Shown piece after piece: positions 1-9,109 of a stretch of DNA of 53,531 nt. The position numbers and the translations under genes are program-made. Every line of letters starts with the position of its first letter. Positions within the stretch are counted from its first letter, which is position 1. The notes under the pieces are model-generated. The model worked only from the letters and a program-made list of their open reading frames with translations, had not been told where the DNA came from and did not search any database. The stretch is from a bacterium (GTDB lineage: Bacteria > Lernaellota > Lernaellaia > Lernaellales > Lernaellaceae). The stretch is from assembly GCA_036743315.1 (NCBI GenBank), contig DAINPV010000001.1, positions 1 to 53,531 on the forward strand, written 5' to 3'.

Positions 1-1
1 C

Positions 2-679
2 TCCAGCCGCTTCACGTTCTCGCAGGCGCGCCCCGAGGACGTGAAGCGGCTGGAAAAAGAACTGCGTCCGGGCTGCGGCCGCAAAGTGAAGCTGCATTAT
101 GAAAACGCGATCCGCGATCGCGCGATCATCGAAATGCTGTTCTCCACCGCCATGCGCATCGGCGAACTGAGCGAACTGAACCTGGAAGACATCGACCTGG
201 AAGGCCGCACCGTGCACATCAAGGGCAAAGGCAACCGCGACCGCATGTTGGTGCTGGGCAACGTCTCCACGACCGAGGCGCTCAAAGATTACCTGAAAAT
301 CCGCAAGGGCATGGAAGGCGATCCGGGCGCGCTGTTCCTGAACCGGTTCGGCGGCCGCCTGTCGATCTTCGCCATCGAAAACCTGTTCGAGCGCATCCGC
401 AAGGCCGCCGGCATCCGCCGCCGCCTGACCCCGCACGCGCTGCGCCACACGATGGCGACCATGCTGCTCAACAACGGCAAGGACATCCGCCAGGTGCAGA
501 ACATTCTGGGCCACAGCAGCGCCGTGACCACGCAGATCTACCAGGAAGTCGCGCCGCGCCGTCAGCGCAAAGTGCTGGCCGCCTTCAACGCCGACGACCG
601 CCTGGCCGTGATGAACATGGAAGAGGCGCCCGCGCCCAAGCGCCCGCGCACCATTCGCCGCCGCAAGGGCGACAAATAG
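2..679 (+). CDS. Tyrosine recombinase / phage-integrase family, C-terminal catalytic domain (5' end cut by window edge)
   Basis: Frame is open from nt 2. Motifs AMRIGEL, LTPHALRHTMAT and GHSSAVTTQIY fit the R-H-R-Y catalytic set. Basic tail RPRTIRRRKGDK. Confidence 0.85.
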   Translation, partial: SSRFTFSQARPEDVKRLEKELRPGCGRKVKLHYENAIRDRAIIEMLFSTAMRIGELSELNLEDIDLEGRTVHIKGKGNRDRMLVLGNVSTTEALKDYLKIRKGMEGDPGALFLNRFGGRLSIFAIENLFERIRKAAGIRRRLTPHALRHTMATMLLNNGKDIRQVQNILGHSSAVTTQIYQEVAPRRQRKVLAAFNADDRLAVMNMEEAPAPKRPRTIRRRKGDK

Positions 680-724
680 CATCGATCGACCGTAAAGGCC
701 GTTTTGTCGCGAACAACCTCTCGA

Positions 725-762
725 CGGACCGAACCGCCTTGCGCGGTTCGGTCCGTTGTCGT
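725..762 (+). terminator. Stem-loop after the recombinase gene, weak U-tract
   Basis: Perfect 13-bp stem CGGACCGAACCGC / GCGGTTCGGTCCG (725-737 / 743-755), 5-nt loop, followed by TTGTCGT. Confidence 0.5.
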
Positions 763-794
763 ATGGTCGCGATTTCTTTTTAACGGAGCGCCCG

Positions 795-1571
795 GTGATC
801 GCCTTTCAGTTGGTCTGCCTGATCTTCCTGCCCATCGCTTACGCGGTGCAGGTGCGCAACGATTACGAGACGCTGGCGTTGGCGCCGCTGATTTTCCTGA
901 GCGCCTGGGCCGGCGAGGCGTCGTCGATCCACCTCTACGGTTTTTACGGCTACGCCGACGGCTGGTGGCCGCGGGTGGGCGGAGTGCCGCTGCTGGTTGC
1001 GGCGATCTGGCCGATGGTGATTCTCTCGGGCCGCGACGTGATCCGCGCGCTGTGGCCAGAGGCCAAGGGCGCGCTGCCGTTGCTGGTGGGCGCGCTGGTG
1101 TTCATCGACGCGGCGATGGTCGAGGTCGTGGCGGTGCGTTGCGGCCTGTGGAGTTGGACCGAGCCGGGTTACCTGGGCGTGCCGTTGATCGGCGTGATCG
1201 GCTGGGCGTTGTTCGGTTTCGCCGCCACGTTGATCATCGAGAACACGCGCGGGCGACAGCGGTGGCTGCTGCTGCTCGGCGCACCGGCGCTGCTGCACAT
1301 GTTGCTGGTCGGTTCGTGGTGGACGCTGTTTCGGTGGGTCGGGCGCGGCGACTGGTTCGCGTTGTTCGTCGCGATCATTCTGCTGGCCACCTTCGTCGCC
1401 CTGCGCCGCCGTCCGTACCAAATGCCGCTGAACGTCGCAAGCGTGCGGATGATCGCCGGGGGCATCTTCGTGGGCCTGCTGCTGTTCGCCGAACCGACCG
1501 CCGGGCGCTTGTGGCTGCACGTCGGCCTGACGTCGATCCCCTACGCGCTGGCCACGCGCTTCAAGCTATAG
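795..1571 (+). CDS. Multi-pass membrane protein, CruF-like carotenoid-biosynthesis membrane protein family (Caroten_synth/DUF422-like)
   Basis: Several hydrophobic helices. GLWSWTEPGYLGVPLIGVIGWALF resembles the G.W.W...G.yfGVP..N..GW family signature. The ORF opens at TTG 756, but that overlaps the upstream hairpin. GTG 795 has GGAG 6 nt upstream. Confidence 0.55.
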   Translation: MIAFQLVCLIFLPIAYAVQVRNDYETLALAPLIFLSAWAGEASSIHLYGFYGYADGWWPRVGGVPLLVAAIWPMVILSGRDVIRALWPEAKGALPLLVGALVFIDAAMVEVVAVRCGLWSWTEPGYLGVPLIGVIGWALFGFAATLIIENTRGRQRWLLLLGAPALLHMLLVGSWWTLFRWVGRGDWFALFVAIILLATFVALRRRPYQMPLNVASVRMIAGGIFVGLLLFAEPTAGRLWLHVGLTSIPYALATRFKL

Positions 1572-2240
1572 GTAGTTTTTCTCCCGATAGGATTCGATAA
1601 CCGCCGCGTACAGTTCCGGGTTGCGCGCGAAGACGAACCGGCGCATGACCGTGCGGTCCAGCGCGTAAGCGGCGCGTTGCCCGAACGAACGCGGCCGTTG
1701 CGCGCGGATGTCGACCAGGAGCCTGTCGGCGGCGCGCGTCAGTTCCGGCCGCAAGGCGGCGGGTTCGACCTTCGCGGGGATGCCCACCGCGCGAAACAGA
1801 AAGCCCGACAGGCGCGTGTGCATCACGTCCTGCAGGCCCAGTAGGTTGCGGGCGATTTTCTTGCCGCCCATCAGGCCGACGCACGACAGCGCCAGCGTGT
1901 GTTTTTCCTCCAGGTGCAGCGGGAAGCCCAGCGGGTAGGTGATGCGTTCGTAAAAGCGTTTGTACAGCGCGGTGACGTAGCCGTTGCGCACCGATGCGCC
2001 GACGACGAAACCGTCGGCCCGCCGCATCCGCGCGACGATGTCGTCCATGTCGTCGCGCAGCACGCAGCGGCCGGTGCGCAGGCAAGTGAAGCAGCCGCGA
2101 CAGTCGGCAATGTTCGCCTCGCGCAGATTCAGCCGGTCGACCTGCGCGCCGTTTTCGGCGAGATGAGCCGCCGCGATGTCGAGACTGCCGGCGATGAAGC
2201 CGCCCTCATGGGGGTTGCCGTTGACGACCAGGATGTTCAT
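1566..2240 (-). CDS. Flavodoxin-fold NADPH-dependent FMN reductase / iron-sulfur flavoprotein-like protein
   Basis: MNILVVNGNPHEGGF N-terminus and CRGCFTCLRTGRC cysteine cluster. ATG 2240 is preceded by GGAG. The longer tracked ORF (to 2333) has an Arg/Pro-rich improbable extension. Confidence 0.75.
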   Translation of the reverse strand: MNILVVNGNPHEGGFIAGSLDIAAAHLAENGAQVDRLNLREANIADCRGCFTCLRTGRCVLRDDMDDIVARMRRADGFVVGASVRNGYVTALYKRFYERITYPLGFPLHLEEKHTLALSCVGLMGGKKIARNLLGLQDVMHTRLSGFLFRAVGIPAKVEPAALRPELTRAADRLLVDIRAQRPRSFGQRAAYALDRTVMRRFVFARNPELYAAVIESYREKNYL

Positions 2241-2345
2241 TGCATGTCTCCTTGAGGCTGGGTGGACGTCATTGAGTTTAGGGGCGACGCGGCGGTTGCC
2301 GCAAGGGCGCGGTTTCAGATTCCGGCAGGCCATCGCATGGGGAAA

Positions 2346-3829
2346 TCAATTTCTCATTCGATTTTGTTGACTGAGGAGATGTTTAAGTTGTTCATGGGTT
2401 ATCAAATTCAAGTCCATCATTATTTCACCGGCCCGTTTATTTATTTTAATTTTTGACAGCTCAACCTGTTTGATCAGGACTGAAATTAAGCTGTTATGAG
2501 TGATGAATCGATCCTTTTCGGCAAGACGGCAAAGCATGCTGTCATGTTTTTCTGTGATTTTGCCAAATTTTTCTCGTTCTAGAGTGAGAAACACTTCGAG
2601 AATCAATGTGCTGATGTTTTGATAATGAGCTCTAGCGATATACATCAGTTCCTCAAATTGTCTCTTTTCGGCAGGGTCGGCAATTCTGCTCGTGTCGCAA
2701 TTGAATGGACTGACAAACATATAGTACTTTATTTGATATTTTATTATTTCGTTAATTAAATCATGCCTGGTCCATTGTTGCGAAGTCGCTCTTTCTTCAA
2801 ACTGATCCACCAGTCGGATAACAAACGGAAACCATCGATCCCATTCCGGATCAATTGGAAGAAAGTGTTTTAATCCCGGAACTTTAAAAATGGATAGACC
2901 AAATTGTTTTGGCTCGATTTTAGTAATGCTGTCGTAGGGCATGGTAGAGTCGGCTCCACCGTGAATCAACAAAATCCTTTCGGTGAACGGGTGGATGGTT
3001 TCTTTAAGCAATACACTAGAATCGCCTACAAATATGTGATTGAATAACTTAGAAAACGGATCGTTTTTTTGATTGTGAAACTCGGTTTCCCAATAGTGCA
3101 GAAAACTTGAAATGAATTCCTTCCATAATTCGGGACGGATCATTTTCCCGGGATTGATGTCTCCAAGATTGACGCCGGAATTGATTAAAAAACAGGCATT
3201 GAATAATTCAGGTTTGGATAGAAACATAGAGAGGGCGCCAAGACCACCTAGAGAATAGCCCAAAATTGAAATTCGGATTTTTTTTCGAAATAGGCATCAA
3301 AAAATTGGCAAGCATCGTTGAAATCGTTGGCACACCCTTTTCCTTTAATGTGATCAACCAAAGAGTTCATTTCATGCATCATTTGTAAGTATAATTTAAA
3401 AAAATCGGAAGGTTTTTCCATAAAATTATCGCTGGGATTAAAGTTGTCCAGCGTTTTTTTCTCGTCTTTGTGTCTAAACCAGGTATGCCTATTTAAATGG
3501 TTCGGTAGAGGTAATAATACAGAAGCAATACCATAATGAGACAATCCTCTTCCAAGCTGATCATATAATGTGAAATATTTTTCGTTCAATCCATTGATGA
3601 TCAAAATTAATCGATCGATTTTGTTGTTTTTATCGAGGACTTTTGCGCGCGGAAGGTAAAAGCGGCAATGAAATCTTCTATAATCATCCAGTTTTATCTC
3701 CTCTCTTTCGTGACAGAGAGGAAACAGTTTCATTATGCGAATGTGCTCATTATCCTGTGCGTCGACAATAAAGTCTTCACTTCTATCATATTCTTTCACA
3801 ATGCTTTTTTCATCAATAGGAATGGTCAT
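2346..3829 (-). pseudogene. Alpha/beta hydrolase (Ser-Asp-His) split into two ORFs (3829-3248 and 3263-2346) by a frame change in an A8 run; low-GC island
   Basis: The upstream ORF ends FEKKSEFQFWAIL*. Reading one frame back across A8 (T8 on the plus strand, 3278-3285) gives FEKKIRISILGYSLGG, a beta-strand plus GxSxG nucleophile elbow. HGGADS (Asp) and PGLKHF (His) lie downstream. The region is visibly AT-rich compared with both flanks. Confidence 0.7.
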
Positions 3830-3913
3830 TTTCTGCTCCCCCTAAATGTCAGCGAATCATGATAAATAGTATAATATATGTCAATAGAAGATTTCTTAGC
3901 GTATCTGGTGAAA

Positions 3914-4798
3914 TTAAAGATAAACGTTTTCCGGCAGGCCGGCGGCCAGCCACAGCGCGGTGCAAGCGAGGTAGGCCAGCAGCATCGCCGTGCCCAGGAA
4001 GGTGACGACGATGCAGTCGGCGGTGGTCGGGCCGCGACGCAGAATCGGGCGCAGCAGGAAAAATTGCAGCACCGGCCCGCAGCCCATCAGCGTTTCTTTC
4101 ACGCCGTAAAAACCAAAGACGAAGCCCAAGAAAATTACCGCCAGCGAAACGCCCAGCAGCGCGTGGATGATCGTGTGCGTGGTCGCCACGCCGTGCACCA
4201 GCGGGTAGGTCGGCACGCCGGCGCGGCGATCGCCGTCCAGGTCGCGCAGGTCGTAGAGAATTTCGTACGACTGCTCGAAGGGCACGAAGTAGAGCATCAG
4301 CAGGACGATCCCCGGCCAGGCGATCTGCGCGGCGAAGCCGACGTGCGCCAGCGGGTAAAGGAAGCACGAGGTGACGAAGCCCAGGCCCGACAGCAGGTTC
4401 TTGAGCAGATAGACATTCTTCAGCCGCCGCCGTCCGCCGGGGAAGGGGACGAGGCGAAAGCTGTAGACCAGCCCGACCGCCTGCATGAACAGCCGCCAGC
4501 CGGTCAGTTCGGGAAACAGCGGCACGGTGACGGCCAACGAGCCGGCCAGCAGCGCGGCCCAGGCGAGCATGGTGCCGGTTTGGCGCCGCGCCACGCGCTC
4601 GCTGCCGGGGATGGCGTTGGCCAGATCTTCCCGCAGATCGCTGACGCGGTTGGCGAGGTTGATCAGCAGCCAGTCGAACCCGCCGATCAGCGCGATCCAC
4701 CACAAGTAGCGGCCGGTCAGCAGCCAGCCGAAAACCAGCGCGCCGCCGACGGCGATCGAGACGATGTGAATGCGCAATATGGAAAACAGTTCCTTCAC
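3914..4798 (-). CDS. UbiA-family aromatic/isoprenoid prenyltransferase
   Basis: Polytopic membrane protein with two Asp-rich motifs, NRVSDLREDLAN and YDLRDLDGDRRAGVPT. Confidence 0.85.
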   Translation of the reverse strand: MKELFSILRIHIVSIAVGGALVFGWLLTGRYLWWIALIGGFDWLLINLANRVSDLREDLANAIPGSERVARRQTGTMLAWAALLAGSLAVTVPLFPELTGWRLFMQAVGLVYSFRLVPFPGGRRRLKNVYLLKNLLSGLGFVTSCFLYPLAHVGFAAQIAWPGIVLLMLYFVPFEQSYEILYDLRDLDGDRRAGVPTYPLVHGVATTHTIIHALLGVSLAVIFLGFVFGFYGVKETLMGCGPVLQFFLLRPILRRGPTTADCIVVTFLGTAMLLAYLACTALWLAAGLPENVYL

Positions 4799-5255
4799 GC
4801 GTCGCCTTGGCTTGGGTGTCGTTCGGTTCTAGACCATCCGGCGCACGGTGGCAAGGCGCGGAAGGAAAGGCGGCGCTGGTTAAAAAGGTTCGGCGCGGCA
4901 GGATTACCGCGCCGAAGAGGATTTCACATCCATATTACCAACAGGGACATAGTTGCGACAGGCGCCTGTCTCGTCAAGGAATCGGTCAAGTGACTGGGTC
5001 TATCTATCAGATCCATCCGGATGTTTCGCCCTGAGATAGAGCACGATGCGTGCCAACTCCGGCCGAAACGGGCTAAGTGCCCGATAGAATGGACAAAGGT
5101 CATCCGTGACGGTAAAGGGCGAGCGGGTCGAAAAATCAGATTTTCGGATGCGCCCTTTCAGAAAACTGAAAATCTCCCAGCGGGCGAAGCCACGAATCGT
5201 TCGACAATCTGCAAAAAAAATGAAAAATAGTCGGTATATCGGAAAGGAGAATTTC

Positions 5256-6272
5256 ATGACGCAAAAAGATGCAAGACAATTGTTAATCGTCGCGTTGACG
5301 GCGGCGAGCCTGGTGCTGATCGGGCAGGCGGCGTTGGCGACCAGCGTGGAGCGCGTGACGGCGACCTGCCCCGTTTGCGGCCGCGAGATCGAAGCGCAGA
5401 CGATCGTTTCGACCAACAACCTCGGCGGCCAGGACACCGATTTTCTCACGCGGGCGGGCGGGCAAAACCCGATCATGATCATTGCGATCACCTGCCCCCA
5501 GTGCCTGTATTCCGGGTATCTCGGCGATTTCCGGGAGCCGGTGAGCGAGGAATTCAAAGCGAAGTTCGCCGCCGCGAAGCTGCGGCCGCTCGACTCGATC
5601 GACAAGCCGTGGGTGCGCCACGACCTGATCGCCCAGGTGATGAAACTCAAAGATGCGCCGGCGCGCATGTTGGCCGACCAATATCTAAAGGTGAGTTGGG
5701 CGGCGCGGCTGGCGGACAACCCGTTCGAGATATTGTACCAGAGGTTATCAAAAGAAGAGGACGAATGGGTGAGCGGCCATTACAAGGAGCTGGAGAATTT
5801 CGCGCGCGATAAAAATCCGGCGGAACGCGAAGTGGACGACGCGCGGGCCGTGCTGGCCGGCGTCAAGGAAGCGCCGGCGGAACTGCGTTATGCGATGGTG
5901 CTCTACTCGCTGCGCAAATTGAGCGACCACGGCGAACACGAGTTGGTCGCAGAGGCCCTGCCTATGCTGCAGCCGCAGCTGGACGCCGACGACTGGTCGC
6001 TGCTGGCGGCGCGGGTGAATGCGTCGGCGGAGATCGAAAGGCGGGCGCAGCGCAAGGCGGTGGCCAACTACACGCAGGGTTTGCAGGGCGACGACCTGGA
6101 CGAAGAAACGCGGATCGTCCACACCTATTTGTGCGGCGAGTTGCAGCGGCGGCTGGGCCGTTACGAGCAAGCGCGCGCGTTGTTCCAACTGGCGCAAAAA
6201 AACGAGAGCAAACCCGAATGGCTGGACGGTCTCATCGCCCGCCAGTTGACGTTGTTCCCGGCCGGGCAGTGA
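5256..6272 (+). CDS. DUF2225-like zinc-ribbon protein with helical (TPR-like) C-terminal region and N-terminal signal/anchor
   Basis: CPVCG...(38 aa)...CPQCLYSGY pattern. GGAAAGGAG lies 5 nt before ATG 5256. Hydrophobic LLIVALTAASLVLIGQAALA segment. Confidence 0.6.
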   Translation: MTQKDARQLLIVALTAASLVLIGQAALATSVERVTATCPVCGREIEAQTIVSTNNLGGQDTDFLTRAGGQNPIMIIAITCPQCLYSGYLGDFREPVSEEFKAKFAAAKLRPLDSIDKPWVRHDLIAQVMKLKDAPARMLADQYLKVSWAARLADNPFEILYQRLSKEEDEWVSGHYKELENFARDKNPAEREVDDARAVLAGVKEAPAELRYAMVLYSLRKLSDHGEHELVAEALPMLQPQLDADDWSLLAARVNASAEIERRAQRKAVANYTQGLQGDDLDEETRIVHTYLCGELQRRLGRYEQARALFQLAQKNESKPEWLDGLIARQLTLFPAGQ

Positions 6273-6275
6273 GCG

Positions 6276-6884
6276 TCAGAGCGAGGTCAACTGCAGCGAG
6301 GTGAAATCGTCGGGCGTGTTGACGTTGATAAAGCTGCGCAGCGCGGGATCGTGGCGGCGCAATTCGGCCTCGGCGATGCGTATCGTTTCGATGTGCTCAT
6401 CCAACCGTTGAATGCGCATTTCGCCGGCGGCGACGATGCGCTCGATCGCCGGGCGGCACTCTTGGCTGTAGAGCGCGAACAGCGGCTCGAGGCCTTTGGC
6501 CGTTTGCGGCACCACCCAATCGGCGTCGGGCGCGACCTCGACGAGAAAACGGATCAACCGTTCCTGCGGGAAGGGAATGTCGCAGGCGACGGCGAAGATG
6601 CGGTCGGTCGTCGCGGCGGTCAGGCCGGCGTGCAGCCCGACGATCGAGCCGCCGCTGGGCAGCACGTCGGGTACGACCGGTGCCGGGGCGTGCGGGTAAC
6701 GCGCCGGATCCCCGCCGGCCACCAGCACGTGCGTGAACAATCGCTGCATGTTGGCGACCTGTCGTTCCAACAGCGTGTGCCCTTGGTAGCGAATGAGCGC
6801 CTTGTCGGTGCCCATCCGTTTGCTGCGACCGCCGGCCAGCACGACGGCGGTGACGTCCTGTATCTTGTCCACCTGTACCCCCAT
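6276..6884 (-). CDS. mobA: Molybdenum cofactor guanylyltransferase
   Basis: VVLAGGRSKRMGTDKAL nucleotide-binding signature, about 200 aa, with a typical MobA fold pattern downstream. Confidence 0.85.
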   Translation of the reverse strand: MGVQVDKIQDVTAVVLAGGRSKRMGTDKALIRYQGHTLLERQVANMQRLFTHVLVAGGDPARYPHAPAPVVPDVLPSGGSIVGLHAGLTAATTDRIFAVACDIPFPQERLIRFLVEVAPDADWVVPQTAKGLEPLFALYSQECRPAIERIVAAGEMRIQRLDEHIETIRIAEAELRRHDPALRSFINVNTPDDFTSLQLTSL

Positions 6885-6997
6885 TGGCGCGGCATCTTAG
6901 CAGACACGATGCCGCTCTGCCCAGGGCGGTGTGTCCGTCGTCGATAGGGGGTGTAAAAATCGGACGCGGCGGTGTTTAACTAAGTCGGGAGGCGCAA

Positions 6998-8329
6998 ATG
7001 CGGACATTGTTTTTTTTGTTGGCAGCGTTGTCGTTGCTGATGGTTGCTTGCGACGACGACGACGACAACGATTCGTTCTCCGACGACGATGCCGTCGACG
7101 ATGACGACGCGACCGACGACGACACGCTCGACGACGATACGCTCGACGACGACAGCGGCGACGACGACCTGGAACCGCGCTCGTTCGCGCTGTCGGCCGC
7201 GGCGTATCAATACGAGTTCGGCCCGTGGACGATCGGCGATACCTTCGACGTGACCGGGTTCGACGGCCGGATCGATCTGCTGTCGGTGCACCAGGATTTC
7301 TTCGGCCTGCCGTGGACCGAGTTCGCCGCCGCCGAGGAGCCGCCCGCGGCCTGGGTGGCGGTGATGAGCGAGATCCGCGCCATGGCCGAGTCGCTGGGCG
7401 TCGAGGTGTTTTTGAGCGTGACGCCGCTGTCGGGCATGCGCGACGGCCTGGCGCCGCTGGCGCGCGATGAAGGCGGCGAACTGGTCGTCGACGACGAATG
7501 GAACCCCGGTTGTTTCGATTTCGACGCGTCGCCCGGCGCGGCGGAGATCCGCACGGCTTATCGCAACTACGTGCGGTGGATGATCGACTTCTTCGCGCCG
7601 CCGTATGTGAACCACGGCATCGAAATGAACATGTACGACTTGAGCTGCCCCGAGCAGTACGATTCGTTGATCGGCTTGGTCAACGAGGTGTACGAGCAGG
7701 AAAAATTTCTTACGCCCGAGCGGGTGATCTTCCCCAGCTTCACCATCGATCACCTGTGGGGCTTCGAGGACAACGGCGATTGCGATTTCGGCGAGCGGCG
7801 CTGCCTGGAAGAGGCGCTGGCGCGCAACGCGACGATCGAGCGCGACCGGATCGGCATCAGCAACTACCCGCTGTGGCTGATCGATTACGCGCCCGGCGGC
7901 CTGCCCGACGATTATTATTCGGCCGTGGCCGAGCTGACCGGCGAAACGATCGTTTTTGCGGAAATCGGCGTGAGTTCGAAGGACGTCGTGCTGCCGTATC
8001 CGACGCTGGCGGATCCGTGTTTCGAACTGTTGCCGGCGGACGAGACGATGCAGGCCGCGTTCATGCAGGAGCTGTTCACCCAAGCGGACGAATTGGGCTC
8101 GGATCTACTGTGCTGGTGGTCGTTGCGCGATTTTCTGCCGGCCGAGGTGCTGGACCATTGCCCCTGCCAGGCGCCGGGATTGTGGTGCTATCTGTACGAG
8201 GCGATTTACGATGCGGGTTTGCTGGGCGCGTGGCTCATGTGGGGCTCGATGGGGATCGTCGATTACGAGCAGAACGCCAAGGTGTCGTTGGACGTATGGA
8301 ACCAGTGGCTGGCGCGGCCGATCGAGTAG
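6998..8329 (+). CDS. Lipoprotein with poly-Asp linker; C-terminal domain of unknown function (possibly TIM-barrel glycosidase-like)
   Basis: Lipobox LMVAC followed by DDDDDNDSFSDDDAVDDDDATDDD.... GGGAGG RBS before ATG 6998. Confidence 0.7.
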   Translation: MRTLFFLLAALSLLMVACDDDDDNDSFSDDDAVDDDDATDDDTLDDDTLDDDSGDDDLEPRSFALSAAAYQYEFGPWTIGDTFDVTGFDGRIDLLSVHQDFFGLPWTEFAAAEEPPAAWVAVMSEIRAMAESLGVEVFLSVTPLSGMRDGLAPLARDEGGELVVDDEWNPGCFDFDASPGAAEIRTAYRNYVRWMIDFFAPPYVNHGIEMNMYDLSCPEQYDSLIGLVNEVYEQEKFLTPERVIFPSFTIDHLWGFEDNGDCDFGERRCLEEALARNATIERDRIGISNYPLWLIDYAPGGLPDDYYSAVAELTGETIVFAEIGVSSKDVVLPYPTLADPCFELLPADETMQAAFMQELFTQADELGSDLLCWWSLRDFLPAEVLDHCPCQAPGLWCYLYEAIYDAGLLGAWLMWGSMGIVDYEQNAKVSLDVWNQWLARPIE

Positions 8330-8333
8330 GGCA

Positions 8334-8621
8334 TCAGACCTGCACGGCGACCTGGGTGCGCGGCGACATACGCGAAATCTGACCGGCGCGGCTTTCCAGA
8401 ATGCCCGTTTTGGGGTCGATGACGCGCAACAGCGGCCCGAGGTTGTTGGCGCCCTTGAGCACCTCGCGCACGTAATCGCCGGGGCTGCATTCGTGCAGGC
8501 GCTTTTTCACCGTTTCCTCGAAGGCGCCGCTTTGCGGCTTTTTACCCTCCGAGCGCCCGCGGTCAATGCGATCCAGCAGGCTGTTTTCGACGACTTTGTT
8601 TCTCCAGTTTTCGCGACCCAT
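8334..8621 (-). CDS. Small hypothetical protein (95 aa)
   Basis: ATG 8621 is preceded by GGGGGA. Coding-like composition. No family recognised. Confidence 0.45.
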   Translation of the reverse strand: MGRENWRNKVVENSLLDRIDRGRSEGKKPQSGAFEETVKKRLHECSPGDYVREVLKGANNLGPLLRVIDPKTGILESRAGQISRMSPRTQVAVQV

Positions 8622-8748
8622 GAAACAATCCCCCTTTGCTTTCTTATACAGCAAAAAACATGACAGTAAAGAGGGATTGCCGACGATTCCGCGGTTGCGG
8701 AAAGGTAATTGAAGCGGAGTTCGCCTGCCGGACGAAAATAAAAACCTG

Positions 8749-8777
8749 TTGACATTGATACCTGTCTTTTCTATGGT
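8749..8777 (+). promoter_or_regulatory. Sigma70-type promoter with A-rich UP-like tract
   Basis: TTGACA (8749-8754), 17 nt spacer, TATGGT (8772-8777), preceded by GAAAATAAAAACC. Confidence 0.45.
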
Positions 8778-9109
8778 TTTGCTATATCTTGACTGAAGAG
8801 ACGTTCATAAGCGCCAAACATTGTGAAGGTCCAGGCATCATTCAGTCGATTATCTGGCTGTTTGAAAGAGGAATACGTGGAAACGCCGGCGTTTGTCGCC
8901 GGGAACAATAGACAATGTCGGATTTCGCCATGGCCGCTGTGGGTGGGTTGGCGGAGAAAGGTAACCGCCGCCCATTCGGCGGGAACCCGATAGATCAACC
9001 AGGTGTCAATTTTTGTAGGTGAACGATTTCGAATCATTCAGCTTCGGAATTTTGACTGTGGCAGGTAGAAATCCACTTTGTGAACCTTTTTTCAACGGAG
9101 GTTTCAAGT

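Noticed and set aside
5025-5100. CTGAGA-containing segment (GCCCTGAGATAGAGCACGATGCGTGCC...) reminiscent of a TPP riboswitch, plus a 10-bp perfect hairpin at 4889-4916 and a 14-nt palindrome GACAGGCGCCTGTC near 4956-4969, all in the UbiA/DUF2225 divergent region.
   Set aside because: The other THI-box elements (ACCTGATCTGGATAATGCCAGCG-like arm) are absent, and no thiamine-related gene is adjacent. The hairpins have no clear terminator or operator context that I can support.
7045-7180. Periodic GAC/GAT-rich stretches (also near 20225, 27030, 31975, 38011, 39870 and 51480) that look like repeat arrays or a CRISPR-like periodicity at first glance.
   Set aside because: They are in-frame poly-Asp linkers of signal-peptide or lipobox proteins. 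There are no unique spacers between conserved repeats and no cas genes.
8771-9037. 88-aa minus-strand ORF inside the long leader upstream of the small lipoprotein gene.
   Set aside because: It has no RBS, a composition unlike neighbouring genes, and runs antisense to a strong promoter. It is more likely non-coding; see the leader finding.
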